The notes below the pieces were generated by a model. It saw only the letters and a program-made list of their open reading frames with translations, ran no database searches and was not told the origin of the DNA. A program made the position numbers and the translations under genes. Below, one piece after another: positions 1-8,505 of a stretch of DNA of 64,000 nt. Within the stretch, counting starts at the first letter, position 1, and every line of letters begins with the position of its first letter. The DNA comes from an uncultured Eubacteriales bacterium. Lineage in GTDB: Bacteria > Bacillota > Clostridia > TANB77 > CAG-508. Where the stretch lies: NCBI GenBank assembly GCA_949840345.1, contig CATKWX010000008.1:1801-65800 (forward strand). Direction: 5' to 3'.

Positions 1-589
1 GAGTGATGCCTACATAATTGTGAAACTAAAAGCCAATAAGGAAATAACTGCAAAGTGCGATATAAAAGTTGTTTCTGATGATGTTATAGGAACACCAAGT
101 CCAACTCCAACACCAAGTCCTACACCAGTTGTTCCAAGTCCCATACCAGACCCAAGTCCATTACCAAATCCAGAAGAAGATGAAATAACAAGTAATAAAT
201 ATTTAGTAGATCCAAATAAGGATTATGTTTATGGAATACTACCAAGTATAAAAATAAGTGAGTTCAAATCTAATATAATAGCAAATGTAGATTATAAAAT
301 TTACGATAAAGATGAAACCGTTGTAACAGACGAAGAAAAGATAGTTTCAACTGGTATGAAAATAAAAACTAAAAACAAAGTTTATACTGCGATTGTAAAA
401 GGAGACATAAACGGAGATGGAAAAATTACTATAACAGATGTAGTTAGATGTAATTTATATAATGTAAATATAAAGGTACCAAATGAGATAGAAAAAATTG
501 CAGCAGATGTAAGTGGGGACGGAAAGATTAGCATAACAGATGTGGTTAGATTAAAACTTGCAAGTGTGAATATAAAGCCAATAGGGTAA
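1..589 (+). CDS. C-terminal part of a cellulosomal-type protein: Pro/Thr/Ser linker followed by a type-I dockerin (two Ca-binding repeats, 'GDINGDGKITITD' and 'DVSGDGKISITD'). The 5' end is cut by the window.
   Basis: Translation of the ORF at 20..589 shows a PT-linker plus duplicated dockerin calcium-binding loops; the ORF continues upstream beyond the window. Confidence 0.6.
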   Translation, partial: SDAYIIVKLKANKEITAKCDIKVVSDDVIGTPSPTPTPSPTPVVPSPIPDPSPLPNPEEDEITSNKYLVDPNKDYVYGILPSIKISEFKSNIIANVDYKIYDKDETVVTDEEKIVSTGMKIKTKNKVYTAIVKGDINGDGKITITDVVRCNLYNVNIKVPNEIEKIAADVSGDGKISITDVVRLKLASVNIKPIG

Positions 590-619
590 TATGCGTTTAA
601 ATTTTTGCTAAAATATGAA

Positions 620-784
620 ATACAATAAAAGAATAAAATTCCTCGGCTACATTACAAAATTTAAGAAATTCTAAATTGATTTTATGGCACCCTTTCAAGG
701 CAAGCTTGAACATTTTCCATAAAATCTGCTTAAGAATTTCTAAAATTTTCCATTTGCATTCGTAATTTTATTCCTTTATTGTAT
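620..784 (+). mobile_element. MITE-like ~165 bp element with 21 bp terminal inverted repeats (ATACAATAAAAGAATAAAATT / AATTTTATTCCTTTATTGTAT) and a long internal imperfect hairpin; copy 1 of 3.
   Basis: The 5' and 3' ends are reverse complements with 1 mismatch; related copies lie at ~11149-11325 and 34035-34113. Confidence 0.6.
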
Positions 785-822
785 TTTTTATTCTATGCAA
801 ACAAATATATTTTAAATAGTAT

Positions 823-858
823 AGGGAACGACCTTCTAAAGTCGTTCCCTATAAGTTA
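823..858. terminator. Perfect GC-rich palindrome TAGGGAACGAC-N8-GTCGTTCCCTA between the convergent dockerin gene and leuS. Probable bidirectional terminator and a member of the TAGGG...CCC palindromic repeat family.
   Basis: 11 bp perfect inverted repeat seen directly; the same arms recur at 4467, 39785, 47233, 52071 and 53378. Confidence 0.6.
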
Positions 859-3264
859 TTTCACTACAATATTATAAATTTTATTTTTTACATATATTTC
901 TTTTACAATTGTTTTTCCTTCTAATAGTGTTGCTACTTCTTTTTTTACTATTTCTTTTACAGCTGATTCTTCTGCGTCTAATGGAATTTTTACTGTTGCT
1001 TTTACTTTTCCATTGAATTGAACAGGAATTTCTATTTCATCATCAATTGTTTTTGCTTCATCATATTTTGGCCAAGTAGAATCTGATATTGTATGACCTG
1101 TGTTTAGTAATTCATATAATTCCTCTGTTATATGTGGTGCAAATGGATTTAGCAATTCTAAGAAAGTTTTAAATTCTGCTTTGTTTATTCTTTTTAGCTT
1201 ATAAAATTCATTAATCATTGTCATAAATGTTGCAATAGAAGTATTAAACTTCATTTCCTCAATATCGCTAGAAACTTTTTTAATAGCCTTATGCATCATT
1301 TTTTCAAATTCAGGAGAGTAAGAATCTCCATCTACTAATATTTCTTGTAGGTTCCAAACTCTTTCTAGGAATTTATAGCATCCTCTAATACTATCCATAG
1401 ACCAAGGTGCTGATTGATCAAATGGTCCTATAAACATTTCATAAACTCTAAAGGTATCTGCACCGAATTCATTAACTATATCGTCTGGATTTACAACATT
1501 ACCCCTAGATTTAGACATCTTTTCTCCATTACTTCCTAAAATCATACCATGTGATGTACGTTTTTGATAAGGTTCTTTTGTTGGAACTACACCTATATCG
1601 TATAAAAATTTATGCCAAAATCTTGAATATAGTAAGTGTAGAGTAGTGTGCTCCATACCACCGTTATACCAATCTACAGGAGACCAATATTCTAGTGCTT
1701 CCTTTGAAGCTAATGCGTTATCATTATGTGGGTCCATATAACGTAAGAAATACCAAGAAGATCCAGCCCATTGAGGCATTGTATCTGTTTCTCTTTTAGC
1801 ACTTCCACCACAGTGTGGACAAGTTGTGTTAATCCAATCTGTTTGTTTTGCTAAAGGAGATTCTCCATTTTCACCTGGTTCAAAGTCTTTTATATCTGGT
1901 AAAACAAGAGGTAATTCTTTTTCATCTAATGACACCCAACCACAATTTTGGCAATATACCATTGGAATTGGTTCACCCCAGTATCTTTGGCGAGAAAATA
2001 CCCAGTCACGAAGTTTGTAGTTTACTTTTCTTTTTGCAATTCCTTTTTCTTCTAGATAGTTTATACAAGTTTTAATAGCTTCTTTTACTCCTAATCCATT
2101 TAAGAATCCAGAATTAATCATTGTTCCAGAATATACATCTGTATGAGGTTTTTCCTGTACATTTTCGCCACCTGATACAACTTCTATTATTGGTAAATTA
2201 AATTTCTTTGCAAAATCCCAGTCTCTATCGTCATGGGCAGGAACAGCCATAATAGCACCAGTTCCATATGTAATTAATACATAATCTGAAATCCAAATAG
2301 GAATTTCTTTTCCTGTTAATGGATTTATTGCCGTTATTCCTTTTAATTCTACACCAGTTTTTTCTTTAGAAAGTTCAGCTCTTTCAAAATCTGATTTTAA
2401 TTTTGCTTGATTTTGATATTCCTTTACGTCATTTAAATTAGTAATTTTATCTTCAAATTTTTGAATCATAGGATGCTCTGGTGCGATAACCATATAAGTT
2501 GCACCAAATAAAGTGTCAGGTCTTGTTGTATATACAGTAAGTTCCTCTCCTTCAATTCCTGCAAGTTTAAACTTAACTTCAGCACCTTCGCTTCTACCAA
2601 TCCAATTTTTTTGTTGTAATTTAATTTTTTCTAAGAAATCTATATCGTCTAAATCGTTTATAAGTCTTTCAGCATATTCTGTAATTTTTAGCATCCATTG
2701 ACTTTTTTCCTTTTGAACAACAGGACTTCCGCATCTTTCGCAAACACCATTAACAACTTCTTCGTTTGCTAAACCTACTTTGCAACCTGTACAATAGTTT
2801 ATAGGCATAGTTGTTTTATATGCTAAACCGTGTTTAAATAATTGAATAAAAATCCATTGAGTCCATTTATAATAATTTGGGTCTGTTGTATTTATTTCAC
2901 GAGACCAGTCAAAAGAAAATCCTAGAGCCTTTAATTGCTCTCTAAAATGATCTACATTTTGTTTTGTAATTATACTTGGATGAACTTTATTTTTTATAGC
3001 GTAGTTTTCAGCTGGAAGACCGAAAGCATCAAATCCAATAGGGTATAAAACGTTAAATCCTTCTAATCTTTTCTTTCTTGCAATGATATCAAGTGCTGTA
3101 TAGCTACGAGGATGACCAACGTGGAGTCCTTGTCCTGATGGATATGGAAATTCTATTAATCCATACCACTTCTTCATAGAATAATCATTTTTTGCATTAA
3201 AAGTTCCTTCTTTTTCCCATTTTTGTTGCCATTTTTTTTCTATCTCTTTGAAATTATAAGACAT
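856..3264 (-). CDS. leuS: Leucyl-tRNA synthetase (class I aaRS; HVGH and KMSKS motifs).
   Basis: 802 aa ORF with 'HVGHPRSY' and 'KMSKSRGN' motifs and the LeuS editing-domain architecture. Confidence 0.95.
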   Translation of the reverse strand: MSYNFKEIEKKWQQKWEKEGTFNAKNDYSMKKWYGLIEFPYPSGQGLHVGHPRSYTALDIIARKKRLEGFNVLYPIGFDAFGLPAENYAIKNKVHPSIITKQNVDHFREQLKALGFSFDWSREINTTDPNYYKWTQWIFIQLFKHGLAYKTTMPINYCTGCKVGLANEEVVNGVCERCGSPVVQKEKSQWMLKITEYAERLINDLDDIDFLEKIKLQQKNWIGRSEGAEVKFKLAGIEGEELTVYTTRPDTLFGATYMVIAPEHPMIQKFEDKITNLNDVKEYQNQAKLKSDFERAELSKEKTGVELKGITAINPLTGKEIPIWISDYVLITYGTGAIMAVPAHDDRDWDFAKKFNLPIIEVVSGGENVQEKPHTDVYSGTMINSGFLNGLGVKEAIKTCINYLEEKGIAKRKVNYKLRDWVFSRQRYWGEPIPMVYCQNCGWVSLDEKELPLVLPDIKDFEPGENGESPLAKQTDWINTTCPHCGGSAKRETDTMPQWAGSSWYFLRYMDPHNDNALASKEALEYWSPVDWYNGGMEHTTLHLLYSRFWHKFLYDIGVVPTKEPYQKRTSHGMILGSNGEKMSKSRGNVVNPDDIVNEFGADTFRVYEMFIGPFDQSAPWSMDSIRGCYKFLERVWNLQEILVDGDSYSPEFEKMMHKAIKKVSSDIEEMKFNTSIATFMTMINEFYKLKRINKAEFKTFLELLNPFAPHITEELYELLNTGHTISDSTWPKYDEAKTIDDEIEIPVQFNGKVKATVKIPLDAEESAVKEIVKKEVATLLEGKTIVKEIYVKNKIYNIVVK

Positions 3265-3420
3265 AAGGCATCCTCCTTGTTTTAAAAAATAATGTAAACA
3301 TTATACTACAAAAATTAAATATAGTCTAGGGAAATGGGCAAATTAATTATTCTTTTAAAAAACATATTGCAAATACTTTAGGAGTGCAGGCTAACGCCCT
3401 AATGTACATATCTAATCAAA

Positions 3421-3462
3421 AAGAGATAGTAATTCGCAGTTACTATCTCTTTTTTTTGCTAT
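3421..3462 (-). terminator. Stem-loop with flanking A/T runs in the leuS 5' leader; a possible attenuator.
   Basis: AAAAAGAGATAGTAA-loop-TTACTATCTCTTTTTTTT, about 160 nt upstream of the leuS ATG on the minus strand. A T-box identity was not confirmed. Confidence 0.35.
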
Positions 3463-3608
3463 ATGACTTAACGCAGATTTAATCAAAGTCATTTCTAATC
3501 TAAGTATATTGTACTATTTTAAATTTAATTTGTCAATATGTTTACCTAAAAATTCCCTTGCAAATTGAAAATATATCATATATAATTTTGCTAAATGAGG
3601 TAGAGATT

Positions 3609-5663
3609 ATGCAAAAGAGTTTGTTGATTACGGAAAAGCCGAGTGTTGCAATGGAGTTTGCAAAGGTGTTGAAAATAAATACAACTAGAAAAGATGGATT
3701 TCTAGAGTCTGACAATTGGGTAGTTACTTGGTGTGTAGGTCATTTAGTTACAATGTCTTATCCAGAAAAGTATGACGAGAATTTAAAGTTTTGGAGATTG
3801 GATACGTTGCCTTTTATTCCAAGTGAATTTAAGTATGAAGTAATACCTGCCGTAGAAAAACAGTTTAATGTAGTTAAGGGATTATTAACAAGAGAAGATA
3901 TTTCTAAAATTTATGTATGTACTGACTCTGGTCGTGAAGGAGAATATATATATAGATTAGTAGACCAAATGGTTGGAGTTACTGGCAAAGAGAAAAGGCG
4001 TGTATGGATAGATTCTCAAACAGAAGAGGCGATTTTAAATGGAATAAAAGACGCAAAAGATTTATCTGAATATGATAGTATTTCAGCTTCTGCATATTTA
4101 AGAGCAAAAGAGGATTACTTAATAGGAATAAATTTTTCAAGGCTTCTTTCAATTATATATGGAAGAAGAGTTGCAAAGCAAATAAATGAGGATAAAGCTT
4201 CCATATCTGTTGGTAGAGTTATGACTTGCGTATTAGGTATGGTGGTATCAAGGGAAAGAGAAATTAGAAATTTTGTAAAAACAAAATATTATAAAATAAT
4301 AGGTGAATTTGGAAGCGACACATCTTCTTTTAAAGCAGAATGGAAGGTAACAGAAAAATCTAGTAAATATAATTCAATAGAATTATACAACGAAACAGGG
4401 TTTAAAAAAGAAGAAGATGCAAAGAAATTTATTTTATCATTAGCAGGTGTAGAAAATGATAACACTGTAGGGAACGAGACCAACGTCGTTCCTAAAAAGA
4501 ACGCTATTGTAACAGAAGTTAAAAAAAGCAAACAAAAAGAAAATCCACCACTACTTTTTAATCTTGCAGAATTACAAAACGAGTGCACAAAAAAGTTCAA
4601 AATAAAACCAGATGAAACATTAGAGGTTGTACAAAATTTATATGAGAAAAAATTAGTAACATATCCAAGAACTGATGCGAGAGTTTTGTCAACAGCAGTA
4701 GCAAAGGAAATTACAAAAAACTTAAATGGAATAAGCAGAGGGTTTCAAAACGAAGAAATAAAAACAATAATAAACAAAATGGTTAGTGAAAAATATTCAA
4801 CAAATCTAATAAAAACAAAATATGTAAATGATAGCAAAATAACAGACCACTATGCTATAATTCCAACAGGACAAGGGTATGAAAATTTTGATAAATTGCC
4901 TGAGCTACATAAGAATATATACATAAACATAGTAAAAAGATTTTTAAGCATATTTTATCCACCAGCAGAATTTAATAAAGTATCTGTAACATTAGAGGTA
5001 GAAAACGAGCAATTTAGTACTAGTGGTAAAGTTTGTACAAATTTGGGATATTTAGAAATATTAAAACAACCTAAAAATACTGTAGAGGAACAGACTAACG
5101 GTGCTTCACAAAATTCAGACGATACCGCAGGGAACGACGCCCCCGTCGTTCCGTTAAATACAGAAACACAAGAAGAAAACAATTTAGACATTTTAAATAC
5201 ATTAAAAAAAGGTCAAGAAATAAATGTAGTAAATTACGAGTTAAAGGAATCTGAAACTACACCACCTACAAGGTACAATTCTGGTTCTATAATTCTAGCA
5301 ATGGAAAACGCAGGAAAACTAATAGAAGATGACGAATTAAGAGAACAAATAAAAGGATGTGGAATTGGAACAAGTGCAACAAGGGCTGAAATTATAAAGA
5401 AGTTGGAAAGAATAAAATATATAGATATAAATAGTAAAACACAAATTATAACTCCAACAAACAAAGGAGAAATAATATTTGATGTAGTAAACTCATCAAT
5501 GCCAGATATGTTAAACCCAAAGCTAACTGCAAGTTGGGAAAAAGGACTAGAAATGGTCGCAAATAAAGAAATTCAGTCAGACGAGTTTATGGGAAAACTA
5601 GAAAACTACATAAAAACAAAAATAAATAAATTGGTTATCCCAGACGGAAGATTATCTATGTAG
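3609..5663 (+). CDS. topB: DNA topoisomerase III (type IA, Toprim domain). It carries two in-frame insertions of GC-rich palindromic repeat elements (~4461-4500 and ~5123-5153).
   Basis: N-terminal 'LLITEKPSVA...WCVGHL' Toprim/topoIA motifs. The ORF track starts at 3558, but the ATG with an RBS is at 3609. Confidence 0.85.
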   Translation: MQKSLLITEKPSVAMEFAKVLKINTTRKDGFLESDNWVVTWCVGHLVTMSYPEKYDENLKFWRLDTLPFIPSEFKYEVIPAVEKQFNVVKGLLTREDISKIYVCTDSGREGEYIYRLVDQMVGVTGKEKRRVWIDSQTEEAILNGIKDAKDLSEYDSISASAYLRAKEDYLIGINFSRLLSIIYGRRVAKQINEDKASISVGRVMTCVLGMVVSREREIRNFVKTKYYKIIGEFGSDTSSFKAEWKVTEKSSKYNSIELYNETGFKKEEDAKKFILSLAGVENDNTVGNETNVVPKKNAIVTEVKKSKQKENPPLLFNLAELQNECTKKFKIKPDETLEVVQNLYEKKLVTYPRTDARVLSTAVAKEITKNLNGISRGFQNEEIKTIINKMVSEKYSTNLIKTKYVNDSKITDHYAIIPTGQGYENFDKLPELHKNIYINIVKRFLSIFYPPAEFNKVSVTLEVENEQFSTSGKVCTNLGYLEILKQPKNTVEEQTNGASQNSDDTAGNDAPVVPLNTETQEENNLDILNTLKKGQEINVVNYELKESETTPPTRYNSGSIILAMENAGKLIEDDELREQIKGCGIGTSATRAEIIKKLERIKYIDINSKTQIITPTNKGEIIFDVVNSSMPDMLNPKLTASWEKGLEMVANKEIQSDEFMGKLENYIKTKINKLVIPDGRLSM
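4461..4500 (+). repeat. In-frame palindromic element (AACACTGTAGGGAACGAGACCAACGTCGTTCC) inside topB, translated as ...NTVGNETNVVPKK...
   Basis: Same head and arms as the intergenic copies at 47233 and 52071; GC-rich island in an AT-rich gene. Confidence 0.6.
5123..5153 (+). repeat. In-frame palindromic element (GCAGGGAACGACGCCCCCGTCGTTCCG) inside topB, translated as ...TAGNDAPVVPL...
   Basis: GGAACGAC...GTCGTTCC arms identical to the family. Confidence 0.55.
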
Positions 5664-5664
5664 T

Positions 5665-5734
5665 AGGTGCCGAATGAATAGTGAATAATGAAAAGTGAAG
5701 AATGATATGTAGGGGTCGGTCAAGACCGACCCGC
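5665..5734 (+). repeat. Composite repeat: AGTGAATA-type octamer repeats plus a TGTAGGGGTCGGTCAAGACCGACCC hairpin.
   Basis: Matches the family seen at 47150 and 34161. Confidence 0.5.
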
Positions 5735-5774
5735 AAATTGTTAACAGATTGTATAATATAATTAGGAGGCGTTT

Positions 5775-6368
5775 ATGAAAATTGGAGTAGACCTAGATGG
5801 TGTAATATTTGATTCTGAAAAACTATACAGAGTATGTTCAGAATTATATGAGGTTGTTGACTTAAAGAAAAATACAATTAGAGATAATAAAAGTCGTTTA
5901 TTTGAAGAACGATATGACTGGAATGAAATAGAGATGCAAAATTTCATAGACAAATATCATGAATATGTTGTAAGAAACGCAAACTTTATGCCTGGAGTAA
6001 AAGAGGTATTAGAGAAGCTAAAAAAAGATGGTAATGAATTAATACTAGTTACTGCAAGAGGTCAACAAGAAAGCAAATATATAAAAATTACAGAAGAAAT
6101 ATTTAAAGAAAATAATTTTGAAATTTTTGATAAATATTATTGGGGAATAACAGCTAAGGCAAAAATTTGCAAGGAAGAAAATATAGATATAATGATAGAC
6201 GATTACAATAGGAATTGTGAAGAACTTGCAAAGGCAAAAATAAAAACAATATATTTAAAAGACGCCCCATCATATGAGATAAAGGATAATGAGTATATTA
6301 AAACCTTATACAATTGGGGTGAAATATATAGGTTTATAAAGGAAGGAGAACAAAAATGCAAGGAATAG
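5775..6368 (+). CDS. HAD-superfamily hydrolase, NT5C-like 5'(3')-deoxyribonucleotidase family (DxDGV motif).
   Basis: 'MKIGVDLDGVIFD' N-terminus; about 197 aa. Confidence 0.5.
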   Translation: MKIGVDLDGVIFDSEKLYRVCSELYEVVDLKKNTIRDNKSRLFEERYDWNEIEMQNFIDKYHEYVVRNANFMPGVKEVLEKLKKDGNELILVTARGQQESKYIKITEEIFKENNFEIFDKYYWGITAKAKICKEENIDIMIDDYNRNCEELAKAKIKTIYLKDAPSYEIKDNEYIKTLYNWGEIYRFIKEGEQKCKE

Positions 6369-7516
6369 AAATATCAGAAGCAATAAAATACATTGGAGCA
6401 AGTGACAAAGAAACAAAAATATTCGAAAGTCAATATCATATGCCAAATGGTATGGCATATAATTCATATTTAATAAAAGATGAAAAAAATGTTGTAATGG
6501 ACACTGTAGATAGACATGTAACAGATAAATGGATTAGTAATTTAGAAAAAGAACTAAATGGAGAAAAAGTAGATTACCTAGTAGTTTCACATATGGAGCC
6601 AGACCATGCATTTAATATTGGGCTATTGGCAAATAAATACCCTAATATGAAAATAGTTGGAAACGCAATGACTTTTAGGATGTTAGCAAATTTTTTTGAT
6701 ATAGATATAGAAGAAAGAAAAATTGAAGTAAAAGAAGGAGATACTTTAAATATAGGTAGTCATACTCTACAATTCTTTATGGCACCAATGGTGCATTGGC
6801 CAGAGGTAATGGTAACTTATGAACAAACAGAAAAAGTATTGTTTTCAGCAGACGGATTTGGAAAATTTGGTGCAATAGATACAGATGAAGACTGGGACTG
6901 TGAAGCTAGAAGATATTATTTTGGAATTGTTGGAAAATACGGAGAACAAGTACAGGCTTTATTAAAAAAAGCATCTACTTTAGAAATTAACACAATTTGC
7001 CCATTACACGGACCAATATTAAAAGAAAATTTAGAGCATTATATTAATAAATATGATATATGGAGTAAATATGAACCAGAAGATGATGGAGTATTTATAG
7101 CAGTTGCATCAATTTATGGAAATACTATGGAGGTAGCAAAGAAACTAGGACAAATACTAGAACAAAAGGGAGTAAAGAAGGTTACAATAACAGATTTAGC
7201 AAGAGAAGATATGGCAGAAGCGGTAGAAGATGCATTTAGATATGGAAAAGTAATACTTGCAGCTTCCACATATAATATGAGTGTATTTCCACCAATGAGG
7301 CAGTTCTTAACGAATTTAAAAGAGAGAAATTATCAAAAAAGAAAAATAGGAATAATAGAAAATGGAACATGGGCACCAGCAGCCGGAAAGTGTATGAGAG
7401 AAATTCTAGAGCAAATGAAGGAAATAGAAATTATTGAACCAACAGTTACAATAAAATCAAAAATGAAAGAAGAGGACATTGTAAAACTAGAAATACTAGC
7501 TGAGGAAATATTGTAG
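6356..7516 (+). CDS. fprA: Flavodiiron protein (metallo-beta-lactamase-like di-iron domain plus flavodoxin domain; FprA / O2/NO reductase type).
   Basis: 'HMEPDHA' MBL-like motif and a C-terminal flavodoxin-like segment 'VFIAVASIYGNT'. Confidence 0.7.
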   Translation: MQGIEISEAIKYIGASDKETKIFESQYHMPNGMAYNSYLIKDEKNVVMDTVDRHVTDKWISNLEKELNGEKVDYLVVSHMEPDHAFNIGLLANKYPNMKIVGNAMTFRMLANFFDIDIEERKIEVKEGDTLNIGSHTLQFFMAPMVHWPEVMVTYEQTEKVLFSADGFGKFGAIDTDEDWDCEARRYYFGIVGKYGEQVQALLKKASTLEINTICPLHGPILKENLEHYINKYDIWSKYEPEDDGVFIAVASIYGNTMEVAKKLGQILEQKGVKKVTITDLAREDMAEAVEDAFRYGKVILAASTYNMSVFPPMRQFLTNLKERNYQKRKIGIIENGTWAPAAGKCMREILEQMKEIEIIEPTVTIKSKMKEEDIVKLEILAEEIL

Positions 7517-7554
7517 AAATATTACGAACGACCAATGGTTGTCGCGACAATAAA

Positions 7555-7680
7555 TATATTGCAAACTGTAGGGGCGGACGTCCCTGTCCGCCCGCAAAAC
7601 AGACAATAAACACAGAGTGAATAATTATTTGTAGGGGCACCGTTTGTGGGAATACCCGTGAGATGAGACACTACTGTGCC
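7555..7680 (+). repeat. Composite of two palindromic elements: type B (TGTAGGGGCGGACGTCCCTGTCCGCCCGC) and type D (TGTAGGGGCACCGTTTGTGGGAATACCCGTGAG...CACTACTGTGCCC).
   Basis: Both types recur elsewhere: B at 40409, D at 47275, 53342, 54669 and 56217. Confidence 0.6.
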
Positions 7681-7708
7681 CTTACTTGTTATAAATTTTT
7701 AAGGAGGA

Positions 7709-8077
7709 ATGAAAGATATGAAATTTAAAAAATGTATGAAGTGTGGAGCTCTTGTAAGAGTAGTTGAAGATTGCAAATGTGGAGAAATTACTTGTTGTGG
7801 AGAAAAAATGGTAGAGTTAATACCAAATTCAACAGATGCAGCAGTAGAAAAACACGTACCAGAATTAAGCATAGTAGATAATAAATTAGTTGCAAAAGTA
7901 AACCATGTAATGGATGAGGACCATTTTATAGAATGGATTTCATTTAAAAATGGAGATTTAGAAAAGACAGTATATTTCGAACCAGGAAAAACAGCAGAAG
8001 CAAGATTTTGCAGAACAAATGGAACAACAGTATATGCGTATTGCAATAAACATGGACTATGGAAAAGTGAGATGTAG
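7709..8077 (+). CDS. dfx: Desulfoferrodoxin / superoxide reductase (N-terminal desulforedoxin CxxC..CC domain plus SOR domain).
   Basis: 'CMKCGALV...CKCGEITCCGEKM' and 'EKHVP...YCNKHGLW'. The real start may be the second ATG (~7718). Confidence 0.8.
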   Translation: MKDMKFKKCMKCGALVRVVEDCKCGEITCCGEKMVELIPNSTDAAVEKHVPELSIVDNKLVAKVNHVMDEDHFIEWISFKNGDLEKTVYFEPGKTAEARFCRTNGTTVYAYCNKHGLWKSEM

Positions 8078-8154
8078 TTTGCAAATTATGTAAATTTATG
8101 ATAAAATATAAGTATGCACAGTAATGTGTAAATTATATTTTGGAGGAATACATT

Positions 8155-8451
8155 ATGAAAACAATCGAACGGATATGCGACGAGGTAAGAGAGGAGATTA
8201 AGAAGGATCCTAAAGCAGACTTTCATCTTGAAGATGCAACGGTAAACGCTCTGCTTGCGGAAGCATCAAAGATTGCTACAGAAGACGGAAAGATGGTTTT
8301 GACCTATGACGAAGAAGGGATAACGTTTGAATTCCAGTTTTGTGGGAAACTCTGCACTGAACCACCTTCGTTTACACGAATCGTAACTGTTCGCGGCAAA
8401 GGTTTGGATTATTATCAACAGTATCCAAGCTACAATGGAACAATTCTCTAA
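8155..8451 (+). CDS. Small hypothetical protein (~99 aa) with clearly higher GC than its surroundings; contains an in-frame CGG Arg codon.
   Basis: ORF-track entry 8140..8451 starts at TTG inside the RBS; the ATG is at ~8155. Local GC of about 45% versus about 28% in flanking sequence. Confidence 0.4.
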   Translation: MKTIERICDEVREEIKKDPKADFHLEDATVNALLAEASKIATEDGKMVLTYDEEGITFEFQFCGKLCTEPPSFTRIVTVRGKGLDYYQQYPSYNGTIL

Positions 8452-8455
8452 GCAT

Positions 8456-8505
8456 TTGGGGGAATGAACGCAACTGCGTTTCATTTCCCCCATTTGTTTT
8501 TTTAT
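8456..8505. terminator. Bidirectional rho-independent terminator (GGGGGAATGAA...TTCATTTCCCCC plus T-run) between ORF 8155 and mgtA.
   Basis: 12 bp GC-rich stem followed by TTTGTTTTTTT. Confidence 0.7.

Noticed and set aside
1826-2701. Several 60-75 aa ORFs antisense to leuS, and similar antisense ORFs inside topB, mgtA, the NRPS, the HK and the glucan synthase
   Set aside because: They have low-complexity, AT-codon-driven composition, no RBS, and are fully contained in well-supported genes on the other strand.
3265-3520. T-box riboswitch for leuS
   Set aside because: A terminator-like hairpin is present, but the T-box consensus (AATTAGGGTGGTACCGCG immediately 5' of the terminator 3' arm) and specifier-loop architecture could not be found by eye. 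Kept only as a low-confidence attenuator.
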